Shown in pieces: positions 11,100 through 19,884 of a stretch of DNA of 64,000 bases. The notes beneath the pieces were generated by a model, which worked only from the letters and a program-made list of their open reading frames with translations, was not told the origin of the DNA and ran no database searches. Position numbers and translations under genes: made by a program. The first letter of the stretch is position 1. Each line of letters begins with the position of its first letter. The DNA comes from Candidatus Latescibacterota bacterium (GTDB lineage: Bacteria > Latescibacterota > UBA2968): positions 896,001 through 960,000 of the forward strand of contig OZ242320.1 of assembly GCA_965208125.1 (NCBI GenBank). The letters run 5' to 3'.

Positions 11100-12653
11100 T
11101 TACATCCGAGCCTTCACATCATAAGGCGTCTGCTTAAAAATAATGCCCTCGCGCTCAAGTGTCTGCGGCATCAAACGCGACTGCTCGCCATAAACCGTCA
11201 ACGGACCATCTGCGTCTGGATGTACTTTGGCGATTTCCTCGCGAATATGCGCCAATGTCGCCCGGGTCAAAACATTGCCACCACCCGGTCGCTTATCTCC
11301 AAGAATACCGTTATACAACAACGCATAGGCACGCCCATCGTGCAAACCGAGAAACGGCGAATCGCCCTTCCCCTTCCACGGATGCCCAGTCTCGCTAAAA
11401 TAGACATGCGCGGCCAACACGGAAAATCCAATATCTGACCGAATCTGCCCATCCTCATCGAACACAGGCGGTCCGAGACGATAGAAGCGAAACCCACCAC
11501 CGCCCTGCCAATTGACACGCTTTGAAATACCACCCTGCTCACCCTCAATCACCTTCCTCAGACGCGGGACACAGTGACTGACCGCGTGCTCACCCATCTC
11601 AATGCCAATATACCGCCGCCCCATCTTATGAGCCACCGCCGCTGTAGTGCCAGAACCGAGGAAGGAATCAAGAACAAGATCGCCGGGGTTGGTAGCGATG
11701 TGAAGGATGCGTTGAATGAGGCGTTCGGGTTTGGCAGTTGAAAAAGGTGTTTCTCCGGGAAACAGCTTAATGATTTCGTTTTTTGCCTCTCCATTGGTGC
11801 CAACTTCTTGGTAAACCCAAAGCGTTGATGGAACGAGTCCCTGTTGAACTTCTGATAAGAATTTCTTTACTCGAGGCACATTATTGCCTTTGGCTCCAAA
11901 CCATATGCGGTTGTCATTGATCATTTCTACAAAGCGATCTTCTATATACAACCAACAGCGCCCTGGAGGGGGATTAACTATACGTCCCGATGGGGTTGTC
12001 ACAGGGAAAAACTGCTCCTTCCTGCGCCCTTTTTCAGCTTTTGCGTGAGCAGGAAGGGAAGCCCAAGGACCTCTTGGATCGTTATCTGGATTTGTAAATC
12101 TCTCAAGCTGACTCTTTGATGCTGGAAGAACATTCCGTATTTCCTTCCAGACTTCCCGGTTCCGTGCGAAGAGAATTATATGATCATGTACGGCCGATAC
12201 ATCCGTTCGATTTTCTCGTGTATGAGTCTTTTGCCAAAATACATTAGCCACGAAATTCTTTCGCCCGAACACCTCATCCATAATGACTTTCAGATAGTGC
12301 GCTTCATTGTCATCAATCGACACCCAAATTGACCCATCCTCCGATAGCAGTTCGCGTAAGAGTTCAAGGCGCGGCCACATCATCGCCAGCCACTTGCTGT
12401 GTTCGAGGTTATCGTCGTAGTGCTCAAAAGCCGAGCGCGTGTTATACGGCGGATCAATGTAAATGCACTTCACCTGACCGGCATAGAACGGCAGCAATGC
12501 CTTGAGCCCGTCAAGATTATCGCCCTGAATGAGCATATTGCCGGCATCCGCATCACCAGTGGAAAATTCGGCGTCTTCCTCCAGCAAGCGACACGGCACG
12601 CGAGTGGCGGCGCGTATATCTTCATCTCGTGTTAGCCAGTGCAGGATGGGCAT
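11100..12653 (-). CDS. mod: type III Mod, beta-class N6-adenine DNA methyltransferase
   Basis: IQGDNL, IYIDPPYN (motif IV) before DSFLGSGTT (motif I) with a TRD between. Confidence 0.93.
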   Translation of the reverse strand: MPILHWLTRDEDIRAATRVPCRLLEEDAEFSTGDADAGNMLIQGDNLDGLKALLPFYAGQVKCIYIDPPYNTRSAFEHYDDNLEHSKWLAMMWPRLELLRELLSEDGSIWVSIDDNEAHYLKVIMDEVFGRKNFVANVFWQKTHTRENRTDVSAVHDHIILFARNREVWKEIRNVLPASKSQLERFTNPDNDPRGPWASLPAHAKAEKGRRKEQFFPVTTPSGRIVNPPPGRCWLYIEDRFVEMINDNRIWFGAKGNNVPRVKKFLSEVQQGLVPSTLWVYQEVGTNGEAKNEIIKLFPGETPFSTAKPERLIQRILHIATNPGDLVLDSFLGSGTTAAVAHKMGRRYIGIEMGEHAVSHCVPRLRKVIEGEQGGISKRVNWQGGGGFRFYRLGPPVFDEDGQIRSDIGFSVLAAHVYFSETGHPWKGKGDSPFLGLHDGRAYALLYNGILGDKRPGGGNVLTRATLAHIREEIAKVHPDADGPLTVYGEQSRLMPQTLEREGIIFKQTPYDVKARM

Positions 12654-12719
12654 GGGGTATTATGTGGGTTTGGGGTTATTGTTTTTGCGATAGAGGTGGG
12701 ATTACCTGTTTTAGTTCTA

Positions 12720-15700
12720 CTAAATGAAGAGACGGTAGTCATATGATGTGGCTCCAAAGCGCTGCAATAGTGAGCCAATACGGGCAATCTCGTTAGAAGA
12801 GTGAAGAGTCGCAGGAGCTTTTGTATAAAGATCAAAAGTATTCCAATTCATCTTCGACAAACCGAGAATTTCTTCGCAGATTTGCTTAAGGTCAGTTTGT
12901 CCCACATGCCGACGAATGGTCAGAGGAGCAGGAATGCGCCGTTTGCCCTGAAAATACTTTAATCTCGGATTAACGGCTGTTGTCGCTCCGTGAACCCAAA
13001 GCAAGGCCGTATAATCGTCCAATTGTACAGCCGTTCCACGCCGCACAGGATAATTGTCCTCGTCAATCTTTCCGTAGCGATCCGTTTGGGAGGCCACGTA
13101 CCTTAGAGCATTGTCAATCTGGATTTCTAACATGTCGATCTGTCCAACATTACCCAAACCGTCCAAAAGACCTTCGCGTTCTTCCCTTCTAAAGGGGGTC
13201 CGCTTATGTAGCACCACGCGATTGGGGAGCTTTGAATGCGCCTCATAAAAAAGCTCTCGGATGGTCTCACCTACACGCCTTGCATCGTCTTTAGACATGA
13301 ACGGATTACGTCCGCGCATAATCGGATTTTCGACTTTGCTGAGGCGATATTGCAAACCTTCGCCACGCGCACTGTAAATGTGGCTGCATCCCAAAATCAC
13401 ATGCTGATGCGGTGAGGCAGTTCTGTCAATGCTAAAGCCAAGCCCGACGAAGGCTGTGTCATCACTCAGATTGTCGAGCACCCAAGGAGTCCGCATGCTT
13501 TTGACATACAAGGCAAGGGAAAGCCACCACCAGACACGGCACTGTTGCCTGCCAGACAAAGTATCCTGATTGAGAAATTGGGTGGCTACCCCGCGCTGGA
13601 CGCAAAAAGCCTTAACAAAATCATGTACATCGAAACGTTCATCCTCATCGCTGTATCCACGTAATTGACTCCAGCGGTCTGGAAAAAAGATCAAGACTAC
13701 TTGGGGTGCATACGACGATTGAAGGGTTTGAATGCTGTCGTTGATTAGCCTTGCGACCTCAACCGCTCCTCGTCGAGGGTGTGTTTCTCGTGGCTCAGGA
13801 CAAGTGACCCATCCCGCAGTACCAGGGGTTGGTATGTCCAAAGGCAGTCCATATGCTTGTTGAAAACTTGGATATTCAATCAGATAATCCTGTTCATTTT
13901 GCGCCGGTCTGTGACGCCCGTGTGCTTGAGCAAGGTATGCATGGAGCTTGCTCGTTTCTATATGTGGGCATATAACGCCAAGCCGTACCGAAGGAGCAAG
14001 CCCCCTTTGCGTCAGAGCAAAATCATAAGGTCTGTTATTAACCACACCTTTTATTGGATGTATGTCTTTTATTTGTCCGGAAGCACTACGATTGGAAAAC
14101 ACAAGTGGAGGTTCGGGAAGTTCTACACCTTGATGTTTGAGGAGAGGCCGCATACTCTGGGAAATTGTTAAAGAAGAGCCACCCGCACGGCTAATTTTAG
14201 CGAAAATTGGAGAACGATAAACCTTGAATTTGAAGGTTGAACCGTAGTTTGTGGGGTATTCAAAAAGATTTTGTCCTCTATTGGGAAATAACTTGTTACG
14301 CCATTCGTTGATAGCCTGATTAAAGGGCCCATTGTGTTGCCAGCCAAGGATATCAAGCTTAATCGAGTTAGCGATTTGATGCGGTACTTGTTCTCCATTC
14401 GTATCCAGTACTTTGATAGACGGTTTCAAAACCAGATATTGCCTATTTCCTATCCGACGTATAAACAGGAGCATAGACTGATAGGCAATACATTTTATTC
14501 CACCTTGCTGGATCGTTTTAACGGACCGTGAAAGCCACAATTCTCTACGACCATCCGTTTTGATGCCAGCCGCATCGGCTATGGCACTAACCAATGCTTC
14601 ACGCGTCAACGAAACTATTGCACCATCCTCATATCGAAATTCCTCCGGCTCCACTGGCGTTCGTTGGATATCGCCTTTGATGTTGTCGTCAAATATTTCC
14701 CGCATGTCATCAATCAGGCCGATGGCAAGTACCTTGCCTCTCAGAGGAACGGCAACGACGTGATGATTGCATGTTTGTTCCCGTAGCCAAGACCAAACCC
14801 TCTCTTTCGGCCACACTTTCATATCAAATTGAAACACTTCCGTCGGGCAGTCAATCTCAAATGCATTGCTTTTAATGAGAGTGCTTATTTGCTGTGCAGC
14901 GATCCGAAATGGTTTCCTATCGAGTAAATCTCGGGAAGCCATTTGGGAGAGGTCATTCTGAGCCGCCTGGCGTGCCTCGCTGTCAAGACAATGCAAAGCC
15001 AAACGTGTCATCAAATCGTCAAAACCTTGTGCGGGCACATAAAAAGCTTGTCGCTTATTTGCTCTTGCATGCCGAACTAAATCGGCGATGTGTTCTGGTA
15101 TCTCGCCATCTCCATACCCACACCAGTAAAGAGTACCCAACCCTTGTCCAGTGTAGGCAGTTTTAAACACTTCCATAACTGACTGATCGCGTCCGCTGTA
15201 TCCAATCACTATCATAGGAGTATTGCGGAGTTCTCTAATAAGAGCCTCTCGGAGCTCTGTCTCTTGTGTTTGCAACTCTTCCTGTGTGTTCTTCAGAGAA
15301 TCATAGCGATAATCTCCGTGCAAAGAAACGCAGACCAGTTCCCCTTTAGATGGAATCCGATGCAAACGATCTTGACAATCGATACCAACTTCGATTGTCG
15401 TAAGATTGAAATCAGCAGCAGTTCTTGTAGCAAATCCGTCGAAATTGGTTGTCCAGACGGACCGCATTATGTCACCTTGAGCCAAATGTGACAGCAAACG
15501 ATAGCCCACATGCGGCTTAGCAGAACGTATTCTATCTTGAAAATACGCTCGGCGGTTCTCCATAATCGGATAGCAATGTTCGATATAAAATTCATATTCG
15601 TCGGTACTGCCAGCCGATGGAAATCTGCCCTGCTGGTCCAGCCATTCTTGAATACGACTCTGGACACTGGGAAGGGATAGTTCAGAAAATTGCTCTTCAA

Positions 15701-15899
15701 GGCCTGGATTATTGGTTGCAAAAATGCTTCTCTTCCACTCCCATATACATTTTTCGGCAGAGGGAATACCAGAACTAACAGAAGCACCTGCGCCAAGGAA
15801 AAGTGCGTGCTGCGTATCCCGGTTCACACCAACTGAACGAATGAAAGCATCAAGTGGGAGGATTATATCTTCCTGTTTTTTAGCGATATTGGGTGTCAT
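12720..15899 (-). CDS. SIR2-(APAZ)-short prokaryotic Argonaute fusion (single-chain SPARSA type)
   Basis: N-terminal SIR2 motifs FLGAGAS..SGIP, WTTNFD, LHGDY, IGYSGRD; MID HDFVK..TQ..YVK; PIWI FVGLGF, VLHK, PVRRGT, EILGLSKMNWN, P.T, ending DYRLFI; catalytic aspartates absent. Confidence 0.92.
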   Translation of the reverse strand: MTPNIAKKQEDIILPLDAFIRSVGVNRDTQHALFLGAGASVSSGIPSAEKCIWEWKRSIFATNNPGLEEQFSELSLPSVQSRIQEWLDQQGRFPSAGSTDEYEFYIEHCYPIMENRRAYFQDRIRSAKPHVGYRLLSHLAQGDIMRSVWTTNFDGFATRTAADFNLTTIEVGIDCQDRLHRIPSKGELVCVSLHGDYRYDSLKNTQEELQTQETELREALIRELRNTPMIVIGYSGRDQSVMEVFKTAYTGQGLGTLYWCGYGDGEIPEHIADLVRHARANKRQAFYVPAQGFDDLMTRLALHCLDSEARQAAQNDLSQMASRDLLDRKPFRIAAQQISTLIKSNAFEIDCPTEVFQFDMKVWPKERVWSWLREQTCNHHVVAVPLRGKVLAIGLIDDMREIFDDNIKGDIQRTPVEPEEFRYEDGAIVSLTREALVSAIADAAGIKTDGRRELWLSRSVKTIQQGGIKCIAYQSMLLFIRRIGNRQYLVLKPSIKVLDTNGEQVPHQIANSIKLDILGWQHNGPFNQAINEWRNKLFPNRGQNLFEYPTNYGSTFKFKVYRSPIFAKISRAGGSSLTISQSMRPLLKHQGVELPEPPLVFSNRSASGQIKDIHPIKGVVNNRPYDFALTQRGLAPSVRLGVICPHIETSKLHAYLAQAHGRHRPAQNEQDYLIEYPSFQQAYGLPLDIPTPGTAGWVTCPEPRETHPRRGAVEVARLINDSIQTLQSSYAPQVVLIFFPDRWSQLRGYSDEDERFDVHDFVKAFCVQRGVATQFLNQDTLSGRQQCRVWWWLSLALYVKSMRTPWVLDNLSDDTAFVGLGFSIDRTASPHQHVILGCSHIYSARGEGLQYRLSKVENPIMRGRNPFMSKDDARRVGETIRELFYEAHSKLPNRVVLHKRTPFRREEREGLLDGLGNVGQIDMLEIQIDNALRYVASQTDRYGKIDEDNYPVRRGTAVQLDDYTALLWVHGATTAVNPRLKYFQGKRRIPAPLTIRRHVGQTDLKQICEEILGLSKMNWNTFDLYTKAPATLHSSNEIARIGSLLQRFGATSYDYRLFI

Positions 15900-15959
15900 A
15901 ATGATTAAATCCGTTCGTAAAGGTTGCTGCTCCTTTAGCCGTTCCGGTCAAGGGCATAG

Positions 15960-16050
15960 ATGGTCAAAACGCGGTATAGTTGCCGAACAACATAAGCGAT
16001 CCGAAGTCTCAGCCACAAAGGACAAGAGATTTGAGGGAATTTTCAGCCAT
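15960..16050 (-). pseudogene. possible frameshifted 5' remnant of the partner gene of the upstream antitoxin-like ORF
   Basis: ATG immediately after the stop of 16052-16321 reads MAENSLKSL, continues FVAETSDR in another frame, then breaks off. Confidence 0.35.
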
Positions 16051-16051
16051 A

Positions 16052-16321
16052 TCAATAAGCGGGTTGTACACGCAATACGTCTGTTGGGTCGCTTTGGTGG
16101 AGTTGTTCACTATAAGCTGTCTTGCGGCGTTGCCAGGTTTCGTAAATGCCTTTCCACCGACTGAAATCCGTTCGGGTCTCGTCAAAATCGTCGTAATGCG
16201 GTAATTTTCCCGCCATTAAAAAATCGTAAAAATCCTGATTGAGAATCCCGTATTTTTCTTCGTAAAGCGTGAGCCGCCGTTCAAGCTGCTTCATCTCAAG
16301 GACGAGTTCGTAAAGCTCCAT
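16052..16321 (-). CDS. small antitoxin-like protein (TumA-like)
   Basis: 89 aa, L..YEEKYG....DFY....G.......DF..W pattern; AGGAG RBS. Confidence 0.6.
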   Translation of the reverse strand: MELYELVLEMKQLERRLTLYEEKYGILNQDFYDFLMAGKLPHYDDFDETRTDFSRWKGIYETWQRRKTAYSEQLHQSDPTDVLRVQPAY

Positions 16322-16406
16322 TGTAGTTCTCCTTTTTGGACAGAGAGTAGGGCAATAACAAACTTATGTCAACATACTTGAATGAAACACGACTACAGAA
16401 TCGGCA

Positions 16407-17822
16407 TTAGCTATCCTCCTCCGGTACTTCTGACATAGCTTCTTTGTATTCATTAATCCATGTTTCGACGTCTTTTTTGGAATAAGTTCTGGTATCAGCA
16501 CCGCTGTCTGTCGGCAATTGATTGTTTGGGAGCCGGTCAATGTGCGGTTCCAGTTTCTCTCGCAACTCATTTGCTTTTTCATCAGACAAGCCTTCTACAA
16601 AGGAGTCCACATTCTCCCTACTTAATCCGCCCTCAAAAAGCATACCTGATATATCACTTTCTCTGTCTATTGACTCCGTCAGGCGCTTTGCAAATCTGGA
16701 TGGCTTGAGGAAATTCCTCCAAGCTTCGGCTCCCCATAGCTGTAACTCGCCACGAAAATCCTCTGGCAAGTACTGCGCGCCAACAACCCCTTGTAGGTGC
16801 GTCATCCACAGAATAGCTTCTTGCAGGTGCGCCCCGCAAAGAATAGCTCCCTGCAGCCCTGTGTCTTTCATATTAGCGCATTGCAAATTAGCAAAATAAA
16901 GTATAGCCCCTTGTAATCGCGCCCCAGAAAGATCAGCCTTTTGCAAATACGCCCTATAAAAAATAGCTCCCTGCGAGTACGCCCATTTAAGAATAACTTC
17001 TTGCAAGCGTGCTTCGATAAGCGTAGCCCCTTGCAGACATGCCTTGCTAAGATTAGCCTCTTGTAGATACGCCTTGTCAAGATGAACTCCTTGTAGGCGT
17101 GCCTCACGAAGATCAGCCTTTTGCAAATACGCCCCAGTCAGAACGGCCCCTTGTAAATGCGCTTCCGTAAGCGTAACCCCTTGCAAATGCACCCTTGTCA
17201 GGATGGCCTTTTCTAAACGCGCTCCCCATAGATCTGCACCATTCAGCCAACTTCCTTGCAAGTTGATGTCGCAACCTTTGAAAACCTCGTGTTCCTGCAC
17301 GAACAGCAATCTCAACAGGCTTTGTATTTCTTCTGAGGGTTTGGACTCATGCGCTTTCCGATACTCATTTTCGCTAGTCGTCTGGCGGATATGGAGGCAG
17401 AGCATGTCCAATACCGTCTGGGACAACTCTTTGGAGTCTTTAGCCAGATGAAAGAGTTCGTAGGCTCCGCCCCAACGCACGGATTCTTTTTCATTCCCCA
17501 GGTGTTCAATAGCGTTTTTTAGACGTTCCTGCCGTAGTCCTTGCTCGGTATGTGAAGCGGTATCTTCCATCGCCTTGGCGCGTCTATGAGAAGCCAGAGC
17601 TTGCAGGGCGACCAGTATGCCGCCCAAACCGATTCCCAAAAATTTCAGGACCTCGTATTTTCGATTTTCACCTACAGATAAACCAAAACGTTTGAAAATA
17701 CACTCGAGATTTTCAGAGTACAGGACAACCATAAAAACTATCGCCAAAACAATTAACAGTGCGACAAGAACAACCTGAAAGATCAAAAGAGGATTTTCTT
17801 TGATTTTAGAAACGAGATTCAT
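16407..17822 (-). CDS. membrane-anchored pentapeptide-repeat protein
   Basis: Two N-terminal hydrophobic helices, ERLKNAIEHLG..VRWGGAYEL motif, long A(D/N/x)LxG/A.LQG pentapeptide tract. Confidence 0.9.
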   Translation of the reverse strand: MNLVSKIKENPLLIFQVVLVALLIVLAIVFMVVLYSENLECIFKRFGLSVGENRKYEVLKFLGIGLGGILVALQALASHRRAKAMEDTASHTEQGLRQERLKNAIEHLGNEKESVRWGGAYELFHLAKDSKELSQTVLDMLCLHIRQTTSENEYRKAHESKPSEEIQSLLRLLFVQEHEVFKGCDINLQGSWLNGADLWGARLEKAILTRVHLQGVTLTEAHLQGAVLTGAYLQKADLREARLQGVHLDKAYLQEANLSKACLQGATLIEARLQEVILKWAYSQGAIFYRAYLQKADLSGARLQGAILYFANLQCANMKDTGLQGAILCGAHLQEAILWMTHLQGVVGAQYLPEDFRGELQLWGAEAWRNFLKPSRFAKRLTESIDRESDISGMLFEGGLSRENVDSFVEGLSDEKANELREKLEPHIDRLPNNQLPTDSGADTRTYSKKDVETWINEYKEAMSEVPEEDS

Positions 17823-17915
17823 CGCGGATTTTTCGAACAAAGAATTAAGGATGTTCGGAGAAATCGAACATCCTTTAATGGTTAACCAGAAGCAATTCAA
17901 GTTGATTATGGAACT

Positions 17916-18059
17916 TTACGCAACCGGTTTCTCAAGGATACGTTTGGGAGGCAGTGACACAATGGTATGACCACATGTTTTCTCTTTTTTGCGAAGATCT
18001 TCGCAGATCGCGTGGGTGTCTCTTATCATTCTAATTTCTTCGATAATAGGATCCCTCAT
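17916..18059 (-). CDS. 47-aa small protein resembling PIN-associated antitoxins (not in ORF track)
   Basis: Translated by hand: MRDPIIEEIRMIRDTHAICEDLRKKEKTCGHTIVSLPPKRILEKPVA; GGAG RBS upstream. Confidence 0.55.
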   Translation of the reverse strand: MRDPIIEEIRMIRDTHAICEDLRKKEKTCGHTIVSLPPKRILEKPVA

Positions 18060-18095
18060 GCTGCGTCTCCATCTCCTCCTTTGGCTTCTTTAGAA

Positions 18096-18614
18096 TTAAA
18101 AAATTTTGTTATATTCACGACAGGCGGCTTCCAGCGATTCTGGCGCGGGGGTTCGCAAATTCCCCTCTGTACACATCTGCTCAAGCACATCAACATGTCT
18201 TCGACATTCCCGCTCTCGTCTAAGCTTGGGATATTCGTCCGTCTCGTTCACCTGCTTACCATCCAGATAGGCAAGCCAGGTTTCGATATTGCGCCTGGGA
18301 ACAAAGATGGCGACTTTATCGCTGTCTTTACGCAACGGAAGACCTTTTTCATTACAAGCATCATCCAATTGTTTCATCCGCTCCTTGATGCTGTCATTAT
18401 CACCATCAATCATCACCACGAGAATACCATTGCGTCTGCGAATGGCGTCCAGATATACTGGATAATTATCTCGAACAAATTGCTCGCCAGCACCTGCGCC
18501 GGGCCTCGGCCTCGACACAGTATATATCCTCCGATTGCGTTTTTTGAGAAATCTTCGGATAAAAGCTTCGTGCTGTTTATCTTCGCAAAGGACGGTAATT
18601 GGGGGACGATTCAC
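18096..18614 (-). CDS. hypothetical TOPRIM-like protein coupled to an ABC/AAA ATPase
   Basis: VLCED..H, MIDGD and IETW motifs; 4-bp overlap (GTGA) with the ATPase. Confidence 0.7.
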   Translation of the reverse strand: MNRPPITVLCEDKQHEAFIRRFLKKRNRRIYTVSRPRPGAGAGEQFVRDNYPVYLDAIRRRNGILVVMIDGDNDSIKERMKQLDDACNEKGLPLRKDSDKVAIFVPRRNIETWLAYLDGKQVNETDEYPKLRRERECRRHVDVLEQMCTEGNLRTPAPESLEAACREYNKIF

Positions 18615-19705
18615 GGCGCGAGTCCCTGAGCGTAGAGTTCAGAAATTTTTAACATCGTATCGTTTTTGACGTCCAGGATACGCGTATGGCTCTCCGGATC
18701 ACGCCCCAGCCAAACCGCCTTATCGCTGAGAAAATCAATTGCTTCGGGATGGTGCGAAATCAATATGCTCTGCGGCAGATTGTCGCCACAGCCATCCTCC
18801 AACTCGGCAAACCAAGGTTGCAGTTCCGGAAGAGTGACATAATTATCCGGTTCATCAAAAAACAAAGTGCGTTCAGCATCATCGGCAAAGAGTAGCAAAT
18901 AAAGCACAATCAAAGCACGCTGACCATCTGAAAGCTGGTCAAACCGATATATAGACCTCGATCCTACATCTGCCGAGAAAAACTCCGCTTGCAACTCTCT
19001 GTAATCACTGCCTTTCTGAACAAGTCTCAAATCTACGAAGCTCGGCAGAACATCGCTTAGCTTATCCATCGCATCAAATATTTGGCGAGGATTTTCTTGT
19101 AGGCGTCCCTGATACCACGACGCAAAATTTTCTCCCCCACTACTGAGCATATCGACGTCAAAATCCGAACCGCTTCTCATACGTTTTGGCTCCAAAGAGA
19201 GCGTTACAAAGCGGCGAACTTGATCCCGGAATAGACACAACCGGGTATAGTCTGTTCGTTCGGCCACTGGTGCCAGTCCCGATTGCATCCAATCAAAAGA
19301 ATATCTTGGCCCCTCGCTGTGATCGTCGCGATAAAGTTGTACGTTACCTTCTTCAAAAACAAAGAGCGGCCTATCATCAAACAGAAGCTCTTCGCGCATC
19401 ACACGCGCAAATCGTATTTCCGGTTTGTGCTCAATCACAAGACGATAAAGACATCGCCCACCAGAGATGTCGATCTCCAATTCGAAGCGTTGCTCGGGCT
19501 TTGTGCTCCAATGAGTGAGATCAGTAGAGGGAAACAATTCGCCGACACGTGCATCGCCGCGAATAAAATCGCGCAGTTTTCCCGCAACTTCAAATATAGC
19601 CGACTTACCGCATCCATTTGGTCCGAGGAGCAACGTCAATTCCTCGAAACGAATCTCAAAGTTGGTCAGACATTTATAGTTGTCAATGTAAAGACGTTTG
19701 AGCAT
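18611..19705 (-). CDS. ABC-type AAA ATPase (AAA_15/AAA_21-like)
   Basis: Walker A GPNGCGKS, signature LSDGQ, Walker B FFDEPDN, H-loop ISHHP. Confidence 0.9.
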   Translation of the reverse strand: MLKRLYIDNYKCLTNFEIRFEELTLLLGPNGCGKSAIFEVAGKLRDFIRGDARVGELFPSTDLTHWSTKPEQRFELEIDISGGRCLYRLVIEHKPEIRFARVMREELLFDDRPLFVFEEGNVQLYRDDHSEGPRYSFDWMQSGLAPVAERTDYTRLCLFRDQVRRFVTLSLEPKRMRSGSDFDVDMLSSGGENFASWYQGRLQENPRQIFDAMDKLSDVLPSFVDLRLVQKGSDYRELQAEFFSADVGSRSIYRFDQLSDGQRALIVLYLLLFADDAERTLFFDEPDNYVTLPELQPWFAELEDGCGDNLPQSILISHHPEAIDFLSDKAVWLGRDPESHTRILDVKNDTMLKISELYAQGLAP

Positions 19706-19884
19706 GGCAATTTAATCCCATAAAATCCACGGGCACGGAAGGCGGAAAAACGAAAATATAAAACCTGAAGGCATGTATCTCGCGTCATACCTAAAATAAA
19801 GAATGGCATACTTCCATGCAAGGGGTCGTTCCGTATAGTGCTAAATCAATCGGCGTTGGGCTTTCCTGTCTCATTCAGAAAGCC

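Noticed and set aside
12720-15899. Catalytically active long Argonaute
   Set aside because: PIWI tetrad positions read GLG and HK rather than aspartates, and the N-terminus is SIR2.
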